Source: Pelomyxa schiedti (lineage: Eukaryota > Protista > Evosea). Taken from it: 38,011 bases of DNA. Shown piece by piece: positions 25,055 through 36,505 of the stretch (positions within the stretch are counted from its first letter, which is position 1; each line of letters begins with the position of its first letter). The position numbers and the translations under genes are program-made. The notes beneath the pieces were generated by a model. That model had not been told where the DNA came from. It did not search any database and saw nothing but the letters and a program-made list of their open reading frames with translations. The DNA lies in contig JAHLWZ010000413.1 of the NCBI GenBank assembly GCA_020536535.1, forward strand, positions 1-38,011, written 5' to 3'.

Positions 25055-25549
25055 TTAATCAAATAGACCAAATCCGCCCTATTGTGGTTGTGTTAGGTAT
25101 ATAAATTATTTATTTGGTGTATCCATCCCTCTGTGCTGCAAGTTATTATTAATGTAACTAAAACTGGAAGCGCGGTTGTGATTGCGTTATTGGGTTCTTA
25201 TAAGACTTGGTAAGAGGGAAGGGTACCAGGTCGACGCCCTCCTCGGTCTCCTCCTTCTTTTCCTCCTCCTTGGGGGCCTTTTCTTCCTCAACGGGCTTTT
25301 CCTTTCCTTTGTCCTTGCCCTTGCCGCCCTTCTTCCCGGGCTTCTCGCATTCCTCTGCCTCCTCGGCGTGTGCTACGGGGGCCGCAGCTGCCGGGGCGCC
25401 GCCGCCACCGGCGCTCAGGATGATGTCGTCGAGGTTCCTGTTGGCCAGGACCTTGCCAAATAGAGCGGGCCAGAATGGTTGAACCTTCACGTTGGCTGCC
25501 TTGAGCACTGTGTTGATCTTCTCGGCCTACGATATTGACGATTGTTGGT

Positions 25550-25581
<32 letters not shown>

Positions 25582-25756
25582 AATTTACAAGGGTTTGGGA
25601 GAGACACTTCCCACATAACACGACAGTAATAACACAACAACAACGCCGACATAAGCGATGAAATTGATTGGTAGGTACGGTTATGGGAATGTTCTCATCG
25701 TGCATAAGGAGGGCGGCGTATGTGCACGCGAGTTCGTCCTTGTCGATGTCGACCAT
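25055..25756 (-). CDS. RPLP1: 60S acidic ribosomal stalk protein P1 (two introns)
   Basis: [13 protein letters not shown]...[23 protein letters not shown]...GFGLFD*. Confidence 0.95.
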
Positions 25757-25923
25757 TTCTTTATTTTCACTACGGAAACCTCTCGGGTGTCGCGACACTA
25801 CGGGATTTTTTTTTTTCGTTCGTTCGGAAAAAAAAATGACCATCAATCTGGTCACTGCATTCTTTGCAACTGAATGGTCATTAGAACGGTTCTATTCGGG
25901 TTTTTTTTAGGATTAGAATGAGA

Positions 25924-27175
25924 TCAGTGGGTTGGGTGGGAAGGAGGCCATGGGTCTTGTGCCCACTTGGTGCCTTTGTTGTCCTCTTCTGTGGGTGTCA
26001 GTGGGTGTATCACGTAATACAACAGGTAGTCCAGTTCATGCATCAATCCGGGTGTCACAGTGTGAAAGCTGAGGGGTTTTGTGGTAATGCCTTCTGGGTG
26101 GTCCTTCTGCCCCTTTTGCGGCATCAGTTTATTATAAGTATTTGAGTGTGGGTTGTTTTGTGGGTCGTTGTCTAACCTGATCAGTGGTCAAGAAGAATTC
26201 GGGAGTTTGATGGTAGAAACCAGTGTGCCAAATTGGATGTATTTTGTGGAAGTCATTTATACACTTACCAACAGACACATCTTCACCTGCAAGAAGAAAT
26301 GAGATGGCATTATGAAAGAAAATCTTGCTACCAACTCTAAGCCGTTGACATTGAGGAATGTGTGGGGCCCATTCTCGTAACAGTGCTTGGCTCAGAATAT
26401 AACCAGCTCCTCCGCCACAGTAGTCAATGCCATGGAATTCTCCTGCCCTCCCCTTGTGGTTGTTTATAATGTATTATTGTGCGTTGAGGCGTACTATGTA
26501 GAGTGGTGCATTGTGATCATATCTCTCATTGAGAAGTGCAAGAATGTTATCAATAACCAAGTAAGTGTCATCATCGCATTTGATGAACCACTTCTTATCA
26601 CCGTGATTGTTCCAGACGTAGGAAAACATCTAGAATTTTTCATGGAATGGGTATGTAATAACAAGAAAAAGTTAACTCGAACTTACTTGGAAGACTTTCT
26701 CATTTATTATGGTGCCCTCCTCAGTACCTACAAAATTCTAGCTTGAACCTTTTCCATACTCACAATTAACCAACCGTTTTATAAACATAGACAATTAATT
26801 CCAACAAGCATACCAGGGAATACAGTTGTTGGCAGAGAGGGGTCAGGATCAGCACTCACGAAAAGTGTGGTTCCGCATCTTTTTGCCCAAGTGTCCTTCA
26901 CGGCCTTTGCTCGCGTGGAATGATACTTTTTAGTGGTGATGACAGCGCAGACCAAATCATCAGCAGTATACTTCCGTGGCGCTGTAACACCACCTCCGTT
27001 GCCTACTGTAAAGGAAAGAAAGAAGAAAAGGTTTTACTATGTCTTACAGAATAAAAACGAACGAAAAGCAGCCACTATAACCTGTTGCTTGATTGCAAGT
27101 CTCATCTTCACATCCCAGACCTACCACAATAACAACAACACTCAACAACACCAGCCAACACGCCACACCCGTCAT
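25924..27175 (-). CDS. GT31/Fringe-like beta-1,3-galactosyltransferase (C1GALT1-like), N-terminal signal anchor, about six introns
   Basis: RAKAVKDTWAKRC, WFIKCDDDTYL (DxD), YCGGGAGYILS, EDVSVGKC, PLSFH. Confidence 0.9.
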
Positions 27176-27252
27176 CACTTTACACTAAAATTGCTCGTCG
27201 TTTCGCTTTTGCAGCAGAAACAGAAACAATTTCTTTTTTGTTCTCAGAGAGC

Positions 27253-29483
27253 TTAAAGGATAATTCCGTTAAATCCATTCCTCAGTGCCGGCAGGTCACA
27301 TCTAAGTGCTGCTTCCCGCAACTGAGACCACGTTGTATCTCGTGCAAACAGGTCTTCCCACACTGCTTGGGTTTTCTTGTATTGTTTGTAGAGTTTATGT
27401 TCACTCTTGCAAGCCTCAACGCGAGCAGCCACATACTTGCTTGATACATATGCCACGCATAATACTAGTGATTCTAGGTCATCTGCAAGGGTGCATATAA
27501 TGTGTGGTTGAATCGAAGCCGTCCCCCTGGGTTCCGGATATTGTGCCCAGACCTTCCTTGATGCAAATCGCAATGTGCCCTGATATGGAGTGGCAACACC
27601 TGTCTTGGAGGAACATCCCCAGTCAATGAGTAAACCACGTGCTTCATACACCAGCAACTAATCTTAGAGTAAGGATACCAGTAGGTTTAGTTTGTTTACA
27701 TTGGCTGGTCTGACGTCTCTGTGTACTATGCCTAATTGAGAGGCAGCTTCCAGGGTTGTAATGAAATCCAAGACTGGCATACGTATCGACACCTTGCATT
27801 CTTCAATGCGAGAGCCTCTCTCTTTCATTGAGAAAGCGTTACTTTTCAGTTCAAACTCGGGAGTCGACATAATAGTGGGAATGTTCGCAACAGAGGAACC
27901 CTTTAATACGATAAGAGGAAATTTTGGAATGAGTGCTCTCACTTTCAAAGTCCTCAATGTCTCAGCTTCGTGCTGGATGTACTGTCCAAAGTCAGTAGCA
28001 GGTTTTGATACTTTCCAAACTAGCTGATCTTCTCCTGTTAATTGAAGAGTGGATTTCCTGGGTTTTTACAGTCTCGACAAGTACCTAAAAATACTGAACA
28101 AGTGGCCCCATTATCAATATATTCCTTCAGACGAATAGGAAAATGCTCAACAGTACCACAGCCATAAATGTGTGCTGGTGTGGAGTATAACAGTAAAGAG
28201 AGCAGCTGCTCGAACGATGTAAAATGTGTTACCTTGTGTTGTCTTAATGTAAGAGGGACAAACGAAGATCTTACTTCAAATTGTGGACCATTCTCAGTTT
28301 TTATAGCTTTGACACCAATAACTGTAACCAAATCAGTGACAAAACCAAAAACCTTTTTCGAGTTAGTTTCAAAAAAACCGTACTTGTTTACGTGGTTCCT
28401 GTACTCAATAGGGATTTTATTGAGTAATGATGTGCAGTAGCGGCCCACTTGTCCCAGTGCCTTTTTTTGGGATAATGGAAAGCTCTTAAACTCAATATAA
28501 AATCCCACATGGAGGAGACAGGGGCATGCACCCCTCTGGAATCCGGTGATATCAGGGACATATGAGGCCTTTTTTCTGGGAAAGGAAAGAATAAAGAAAC
28601 TTCGAAGTGAATTCAAATTGCATACTTATGTGTATCCTCTAGAATCCATGTACCATCTGTTGGTTGTGTCTTCAACAAGTTTGAAAACCGAGGTTGTATT
28701 TCGTTGCGTTCGGAATGTTTCCCTATTTCCTTAGATAAGCGTGTGCTTAAAGAGGAAGGGAACATGGATCACTTATTGCCTTCCATTCGTCAGAGGAGAA
28801 CCACGTATTAAGTGCAAGGCTGCTTCTTTCACATTCCCCACTAAAAAAACCTGAGGGGGCAACATTCACTCCATCTGTATGTATTTGATTGCCCAACGTA
28901 GAGTCAGTGATGGAATCTGAGATTCCCTTGTATTTCCGTTCCATTAAACTGGCTCTGCGTCCACTACGTTCCACAGAAGTCTGACAGAGAGCGTTTTCAA
29001 GTTCCAACTCATAAATCTTCTGCTTCAGGTCTGCAATTTCCTTACAATTTGTGAGAAATAAGTCGTCACCAGGTTATTTTGTCCTCCTACCTGTCCGTGA
29101 GTGCCCCTCAAGTCTGAAATCTGTAATTTCAAGTCTGAAATTTCCTTACAGTTTGTGAGGAATAAACCATCCCCAGGTCATTTTGCTCGTACATGTTTCA
29201 AGTCCGCAATAACTTGCTTCGACTCTGCTACCTCTTTCATGTGGGCCACTACAGTCACATGGCTTTCATTGAGTTGTCTTAAGAGAGATTCTACTTCACT
29301 TTTCTTGCCATTGTTTAGTTTAAGGAAGCTCAGTTGTGGAAAGGACCAGCTCATCTTTCGTTGTTTTTGGTCTTTTGCTCTTCGGAGGTGTCGCTTGTTG
29401 CGTATGTTCATCTTCCCCTTTACGGCAGTTACGGGCGAACGGGAGGGCAAAAAAAAAGACGGTGAACCAGGTGCCGACGACAT
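27253..29483 (-). CDS. Crinkler/RHS-type architecture: coiled coil + PD-(D/E)xK REase-like domain + FunK1-like kinase
   Basis: PDITG...YIEFK...ALGQVGRY, then GATCSVF, VWK, HRDVRPAN, LIDWG, YQGTLRFAS, DDLESL. Multi-exon; spliced start MSSAPGEDEH. Confidence 0.8.
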
Positions 29484-29619
29484 CGTCTTATTTTTTTCTA
29501 TTTTTGAATTAAGGCGATTAATTTTCTGATGTAGAGCAGCGATGCTTAATCCGAGCAGGGGGAAAAAGTCGAACAAGGTACCATATCTGGGTTTCCTGCC
29601 CACGGTTCTGTTTTGGACA

Positions 29620-30069
29620 CGGTGTCTTACATGTTCCATCACAGAAACCTTGTTTTTAGGCAAGCGCAAATCTGCCTGTGTCACAGATCGGCCTACACCA
29701 AGTTAGGGGTGGGGCAGTTGGAGCCCAGGCCCCGGTGTGTCGGTTACCATGCAGCCACCTGTGTTGGTGTGCCACTCCGTTGAGTGAATGCTGGGGTACC
29801 ATTATTGGGTCTTGCTGCCTTTTTGGTGGCACAGAAACGCTGGGCATCGTGCACGGAATGTGTCCATCTTTCCGTGTGGTCTACGTCGATCAGGCAACAC
29901 GGCCATGGTGTAGTGCATCGTACTCCAGTTGCGCTTCACACCTTCGTTTGAATCATAAGCCGATGCGTAATTAAAAATCGCGGGTGATTGGGCCGCTAAG
30001 CAATTCTGATAACTTCAGTAGCTCGAAACATCCACCGTACAAAAAAGTAACCCTGCTCGATTTTTTCCC
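29620..30069 (+). repeat. ~450-bp dispersed non-coding repeat, copy A
   Basis: Near-identical reverse complement of 35796-36256. Confidence 0.9.
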
Positions 30070-30559
30070 GCTCGGCCTTTAAGCATCGGTGCTCTAAGTT
30101 TTTTCCTTTTGGCAAACCTTAGTGTAGCCTCCAATCACCTTGTATAGGAAAACGGGTCGATTTTTTGCCGCCATGGTGATGAGTGCCCATGGATTGTAGC
30201 GATTGGGCGACCGAGAAGCACAGCAACGAATAATGGCAAAACTTGCATGTTGTGGCTGTGAATTGAGTGCAAACAACACTGTACAGCACAAACCGGCGCA
30301 GACACATCAAGTCTACCCTGTGACATTTAAGTTACTTTAAGTGTCGTTGTTCCCACCTTGCCTGCAAACTGTTCAACAACCTGGGTTGCTGCTTATTTGA
30401 AAAGTCCTGGTAGCTCTCCCTGTGGACTCAGGTAGATTGAATGACTTGCCCTTCCTAAGTATTATGCAGGTATGGGAGAAGGCAGCAGAGATGAAAGCCT
30501 ACTGTTTATTTCAGTCCGGCTCCATACATCCTAGCCCCTCCTCGCTCCTTCCTAACCTC

Positions 30560-30682
30560 TTATTCTTTACCTTCCGGCTCTTATTTTTCCCCTTCTGGCT
30601 CCGATTCTTTGCCTTCTGGTTCTTATTCTTCCCCTTCAAGCTCTGCTGCCCCTTCAGGCTCCTGTTCTTCCCCTTCCGGCTC
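30560..30682 (-). repeat. 21-bp coding-type tandem repeat (EPEGEEQ-like) with internal TAA stops
   Basis: Six units of GAGCCRGAAGGGGAAGAACAG type on the minus strand. Confidence 0.85.
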
Positions 30683-30963
30683 TTTTAGCTCCTTTATCAC
30701 CTCTCCTGGCTTGTACTTAGGACTCCTCCTGCCCCATAATGGTGCCCCCAATAGCTCTCCTCTTCCCACTCGCATATAGACAGTCAAGCCCACAAGACTC
30801 TCCATGGAAACCAAAACTTGTGATGGGAAAAAAACCTTTTTTTTTTTTTTACAAAGTTGTTTTATTGAAGGCTGCAATGAATGGCTCTGCACTCCATACT
30901 TACCTGTTCCAGGTTATGAATGAAGTAGAATTAAATAAAACCTGTCACTAATTCCAAGTGCAA

Positions 30964-31676
30964 CTATGTGATTCGACTTGAAACCACATCACAGAACTTC
31001 TCAAGTAAATTTAGGTCTGGGGGCTGTGGGGGATTCCATGCAATAAAGCTTCCAGCTGCTGATATTGCAGAAGCAATCTCTGATGTTTGTTGGGGCATAT
31101 TATCTAATACCACAACACTGTTAGCGCCTAAGGAAAAGTGAGTAAACATTGTGGAGAATGTTAAAGTTACCAGGATGTGGGGATGACAAGGTAACACATG
31201 ATTATAAAACCGAACTTTCTCTTCCTTTTCCAGTGGGTCTTTCAAAGAAAAAAAGCTGTGGCTCCAATATCTCCCACACTTCCGTCTAGAAAAGGCCCAG
31301 GCTACACAACTCCTATGGCCACAATGACTTCGATCTAAACTGGTATGAATACAACAAGATAATAGATGATTGGCAGTACCTGGCCATATTTTGGAACAGG
31401 GAGATGCCCCACAGTAGTGCTGTAGAAAAGTGCACACTAAAGTTTTTTGAACTGCAAGAGAGAAAAAAAAAGGCAGTTGGTGTACCTATAGTTACTTACT
31501 GTGATTAAAGTGCTGTGAGAAGGACCTGTGTAATTTTTCAGCAGCCTCGTTTCCTTCATTGTGGTATAACTTCCACAGAGAAAGGGCATAACTGTGGATT
31601 TGATTTTGGTATCACAACCATCGGCATTCGCAGCACTAAAGGCTCGAAAAAAACCATTGTTCAGACAATTTTCCAA
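30964..31676 (-). pseudogene. IS630/Tc1-mariner (DDE_3-type) transposase remnant
   Basis: SVVVLDN...ISAAGSFIAWNPPQPPDLNLLEK resembles the VVMDN...LPPYSPDLNPIE motif. Upstream LDRSH...AW resembles IDES...GW. Degenerate. Confidence 0.7.
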
Positions 31677-34600
31677 ACCCTTTTAATTTAAGTTAAAAAA
31701 AAGTCTACCCTGGTTTTGGGTGTGTGGGAGGGTTGTTGGGTTGTCTCTCTGGCAGTGGCTTTATGTTGGGGCACACCAACAACAAGGTTGTTAGCAAAAA
31801 ATGTAAAACTCATGGGTTCCCAACCCAAAAAAAAAGGGGGGAATTTTCTATGGAACACCACCACGAAGTCAGAACCTGACCCAGGACCAATGTTGCCACT
31901 ACAAGTCACACTCCTTCCCCGTGATGGCTCCGAAAACAACGTCCCGATCTTCTTCTTAAGAAACCAGTTTTTTCTCGGTGTGCTGAATTGTGGGAGGCTG
32001 CTTTTTTTTTGTTTGGGTTGAAGCAAGCAAGTACCCCTACGGCTGGTCATCTTTTCCAACCATAAAAGACCCCAACCACACGCGAAATCGCCGCGGTTCT
32101 CACTCAGATCCGGCGAGCCCTACGTATACACGTGGAATTATGACAACACCAGAGCAACACCACGCGAAACTCCACGTGTGGACGACGCCCAGCGCCGCGA
32201 CCCAGTGCTTGTGGGACAACGACGGCGAAGAGAGCAGGCTGAGGTCGCTGTACTCTTGCTCCGCCTGGATTCCACCGATATTGGCCTGCCGGTTCAAGTG
32301 GGCCACATTTTGTTTTGGCTCGTTTGGTTCGGAACCATTTTTGGGTGTGGACGTTGATATTTATGGGAGGAGCTTTTATTAACGTGGCCACGTTGCCAAA
32401 CGGCGACGGCGACGGCTGCGGCTGCGGCGACGGCGACGGCGACGGCTGCGGCGACGGCTGCGGCGACGGCGACGGGTACGGCTACGTGAGAGCAGCAACC
32501 CCAACACAATTTGTTATGCCCATCTACAATGACACTATGCAACAATGTGTGCTTGGCCTGTGTGTCAACTCTACACAACTCAGTCACGTAGTAAGTGATC
32601 AAGTGGGAACTTTGCCCACAAAGACCAGGCCCTTTTGGATTACTGGTGCTGGTACCAGACCGCAGGTCTGCCTTCCTCTTCCACTTGATTTTACAGCTGT
32701 AGAGTATATTCGTCGGTTCAATGCACAACAACAGGTTTGACAGGAACACTCTGTTTTGTTGTTGCCAGCCTTGCAGTAGCTGACTTTCACATCCAGCCCT
32801 GGAACCAACTAGTAGGCATGGTCTCGTGCCTTCAATTTGTTCCTTGTTCTCACCAGTCTCATAGTGTTCTCTTTGCCACACATGAGAGGCAATATGGCAC
32901 CTTTGTCTTTGTGGCTATTCCACTCTACTGCAGGTCCTGGTGGAGAAGGCATCCTTCCGTCTTGCCATTTGTATTTTCCCAACTCATGCGAAGGTACTCT
33001 GATGTTTGATTGGACACCCAGCTTGGTTTTTGGTATTGCTACTCAGGTCTGCCTCTATTTTGTTTCTATTTGGTAATCCCTTGATGTAGTACCTTGACTG
33101 AAGACCTGTGGTAAAGATTTTCTTCTGTATTAGACCCAGTCACAGGTTGCAGCAGGACCTCCCGTCAGGGAATCTAAGGTATTAGCATTTCTTTTCACAT
33201 TTGTTCATTCTCATCTGTGGACAGAGGTGTTGAGCCTAATGTTGAACTTATCTATAGTATACTGTACAGAACTTAGGTATATTTCCCCCCCCATTTTGTA
33301 TTCATTCTAACGTGAAACTCAGGGAAATTGAAGGAAACCGCTGAGCCAACTAGAAGGAGAATGCCTTTACTGCCACAAGAGCCATTTGCCGGCCAAAGAG
33401 AGTGGTACTCTTTGCACTTTTTTTCCCCATGTTGTGAGATAGGACCACAATGCGCACAGCTACACTGATGGAGATGGGGATGCTGACAGCTACTGCTGCT
33501 TGCTATGGTTACTGCTATGGCTATTGCTATTGCTATTGTGATTCTCAGCACCGACAGGCATGAGCTTCCCTCCATTTGTACTTTGTTCCCACAGCAACCA
33601 AGTGCAACAAGATGTTCTCTTCTCTCATAGGGATGCCGTGCCATGGCCATTCCACAATTAGCCAGATTAGCCAGTAGTACTTCAGTCTTTATTGTATTTT
33701 TCACTGTACCCAAGGTGTGCTTCTTTGAAAGGGATTTGCCACAACACGATGATGAAGTAAAATCTTCACATTTTCTGCCAAGAGACGATAACATTAGGTA
33801 CTACCAAAATCCCCACTTCCCCATCTTATCCCTACTAGTTTCCTGATTGCACACCTTTGTCAAGCAACACTCAACAAACACTCTTTTTGTGTTTGCAGTA
33901 GTGCCAAACAGATACAACCAATCGGTATCTTCTCCCACAATTTTCGTAATTCTCACCTGGTACCAGGGCTGAATTATTGATGGCAGTACACGCTACAGTG
34001 GAACTAACACAGCAAGGTACAGTCCCTTTGGTATTGTATTTCATTCTAACTTGCATCAGAGAGGATCGTTTACAACTCTGGGAAAAAACCACAGTAGAAT
34101 GCTGGCAAAGAAGAAGAGATTCTAGAAGTCCTCAAAAGACCAAGTCACCATTGTGAGCGTGCTCCCTGCCCACATTAACACTTCATGCTGATATCTAACA
34201 GGTATCAGCCACACTACTTCTTTGGTTGCCTGTGTGCAGTACCACCCCACAAGTATGTTCAGCTCTTCTGTTTATATCTTGTTCTAACTTCTACAGGTGT
34301 CCCTGTTGTTATTATTTCCACTGGTCTATAAGACAAGCTGATAGGAACCCAAACAATATGTACTGGTACGCTCACTCTGTATGGCTTCATTCTCACTAGC
34401 ACCTAGGAACAACCACGACAGCTGCAGGATGGGAACAATTAGTGAGAAGCGGCCCTGGGGTTGCTCATTTGCCAGCACACATCCACAACCCCAAGCAGTC
34501 TCACGGCACCTCACCGCACTGCACCACTGCTTTTTGGCATTCACCCACACCCACCAGAATCACAACAGCAAATGCCAGCACCAAACAAAACTGTGCCGGA

Positions 34601-34777
34601 GTGCAAAAACACCAGGAACCCAGCGCCAGCCCACAGCACCGCCATAAATAAATAGAACCGATCTGTTGGCCAATCCCTCTTTATTTCTTTTTTTCTTTTT
34701 CTAAACACATGTACCACCCGGGAAAGTTTTCTTCTATTTGGAATTCCATATTACACGAAACACCATAAATACAAGAA

Positions 34778-35791
34778 AGTGGTTTGCAAAAGTCGTGAAA
34801 AAATTTTGACAAAAAAATTGACTTGGGCAGAGGAAGGGTGGTGTTGGCCGCAGAAAAGTCGCAGGCAACTCGTGGGTTGGAGTCCAAACAAGGAAACCCC
34901 ATCCGTAACAACTTTCACAACATTTGACATTGATGGATCGTAACAGGTGCAACCAGGACCGTTGTGCGGTTTCTAATGCAGTACCAAAGTGTGTCGTTTT
35001 GTGCTGATGTGCATTCTATTGGGTGCACAGCACCCCTGGGTTCAGTGTAGGAACAATCACACAAATTGTTTTTCTGTTGCCAACACTTACGGTGCAGTTA
35101 CGTGTGTTGGTGTGGCACTCTGTGATGTGGGTGTTGGGGTGCCTTTGCAAGTCACAACCCTGGTTTGCAAAAGTCTCTTTGCGAGGCTGTGCATCGTGCA
35201 CCGCTCGTGAACGTTTTTCTGTGAGATCGCCAGTGACACCGTTACCAGGCCCCGGTGCAGTGCATCGTAACTGTTGTCACTCTTCACCAGCGTTGGGACG
35301 CCCGCAACCTGATGCGTAATTAAAAGTCGCAGCTTCTCTGATGAGTAAACAAATGGGGTTTCCTTGTTTGGACTCCAACCCACGAGTTGCCTGTGACTTT
35401 TCTGCAGCCAACACCACCCTTCCTCTGCCCAAGTCAATTTTTTTTTCAAATTTTTTTAACAACTTTTGCAAACCAGGGTTGTGATTCAAGTTACTTGATG
35501 GTGCTTGTTTAGTAAAACCCAGATAAACAAGTACTTGGGCCAATAAACAAGTAGTGTGCCTTCGCAAAAAAATGAGCTTTGTGACTCCTTTATTTGGGAA
35601 ACAATCCGACTCACCAGGTGAGTGCCACACAAGGGCTATTTTCACCTGGATTTAGGGGAAATCAAGGTGCAACCTCAACAAAAACAACCCTCTAACAGAT
35701 AAGCAAGTACTTGTTGAGACTTGGCAACAAAAATTTCAAACGATACTTGCCAAGTACTTACTTGAAATAACAACCCTGTTGCAAACCACTG
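34778..35791. mobile_element. Non-autonomous hAT-like element with ~125-bp inverted arms
   Basis: (C)AGTGGTTTGCAA ... TTGCAAACCACTG termini. 34780-34903 is the reverse complement of 35354-35476. Confidence 0.7.
35474..35778. mobile_element. hAT MITE (305 bp) with 8-bp target-site duplication
   Basis: TIRs CAGGGTTGTGATTCAAGT and ACTTGAAATAACAACCCTG. Perfect TTGCAAAC direct repeat at 35466-35473 and 35779-35786. Internal AAGTACTTG motifs. Confidence 0.85.
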
Positions 35792-35795
35792 TAGA

Positions 35796-36256
35796 GGGAA
35801 AAAATCGAGCAGGGTTACTTTTTTGTACGGTGGATGTTTCGAGCTACTGAAGTTATCAGAATTGCTTAACGGCCCAATCACCCGCGATTTTTAATTACGC
35901 ATCGGCTTATGATTCAAACGAAGGTGTGAAGCGCAACTGGAGTACAATGCACTACACCATGGCCGTGTTGCCTTATCGACGTAGACCACACGGAAAGATG
36001 GACACATTCCGTGCACGATGCCCAGCGTTTCTGTGCCACCAAAAAGGCAACTAGACCCAATAATGGTACTCCAGCATTCACCCAACAGAGTGGCACACCA
36101 ACACAGGTGGCTGCATGGTAACCGACACACCGGGGCCTGGGCAGCAATGAGGTTCCAACTGCCCCACCACTAACTTGGTGTAGGCCGATCTGTGACACAG
36201 GCAGATCTGCGCTTGCCTAAAAAAAAGGTTTCTGTGACGGAACATGTAAGACACCG
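35796..36256 (-). repeat. ~460-bp dispersed repeat, copy B (inverted relative to 29620-30069)
   Basis: Direct sequence comparison; 12-bp insertion relative to copy A. Confidence 0.9.
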
Positions 36257-36405
36257 GATCAACGGGATCTTTGCCCTTTGGTTCGGAGGTGCGCCGCATC
36301 GAGCTCGCGGCGAGGATGGAGCAGATGCAGAAGGTGTGCGAGCGCGAGGCGTTCGAGAGCTGGTACGCGGCCGCGGCCCCGGGGGAGAAGGAGCCGATGT
36401 ACGAG

Positions 36406-36505
36406 NNNNNNNNNNNNNNNNNNNNNNNNNNNNNNNNNNNNNNNNNNNNNNNNNNNNNNNNNNNNNNNNNNNNNNNNNNNNNNNNNNNNNNNNNNNNNNN
36501 NNNNN
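36406..36505. other. Assembly gap (100 N)
   Basis: Run of N. Confidence 1.

Noticed and set aside
25550-25580. Long G and C homopolymers (also 5263-5286) as functional G-quadruplex elements
   Set aside because: These are simple homopolymers of unreliable length, with no supporting context.
30560-32594. Alternative genetic code (TAA/TAG = Gln, or TGA sense) to explain in-frame stops
   Set aside because: Conserved genes in the window end at TAA (tubulin, RPLP1), TAG (SEM1, FABP-like) and TGA (Sel1, GT31) at the expected positions and have no internal stops. Internal stops are confined to repeats.
29620-36256. A single 6.6-kb Mutator-like element with 450-bp TIRs
   Set aside because: There is no target-site duplication (TTTTGGACA versus GATCAACGG) and no MULE transposase between the arms, and the span would cross the GGCC element's left boundary.
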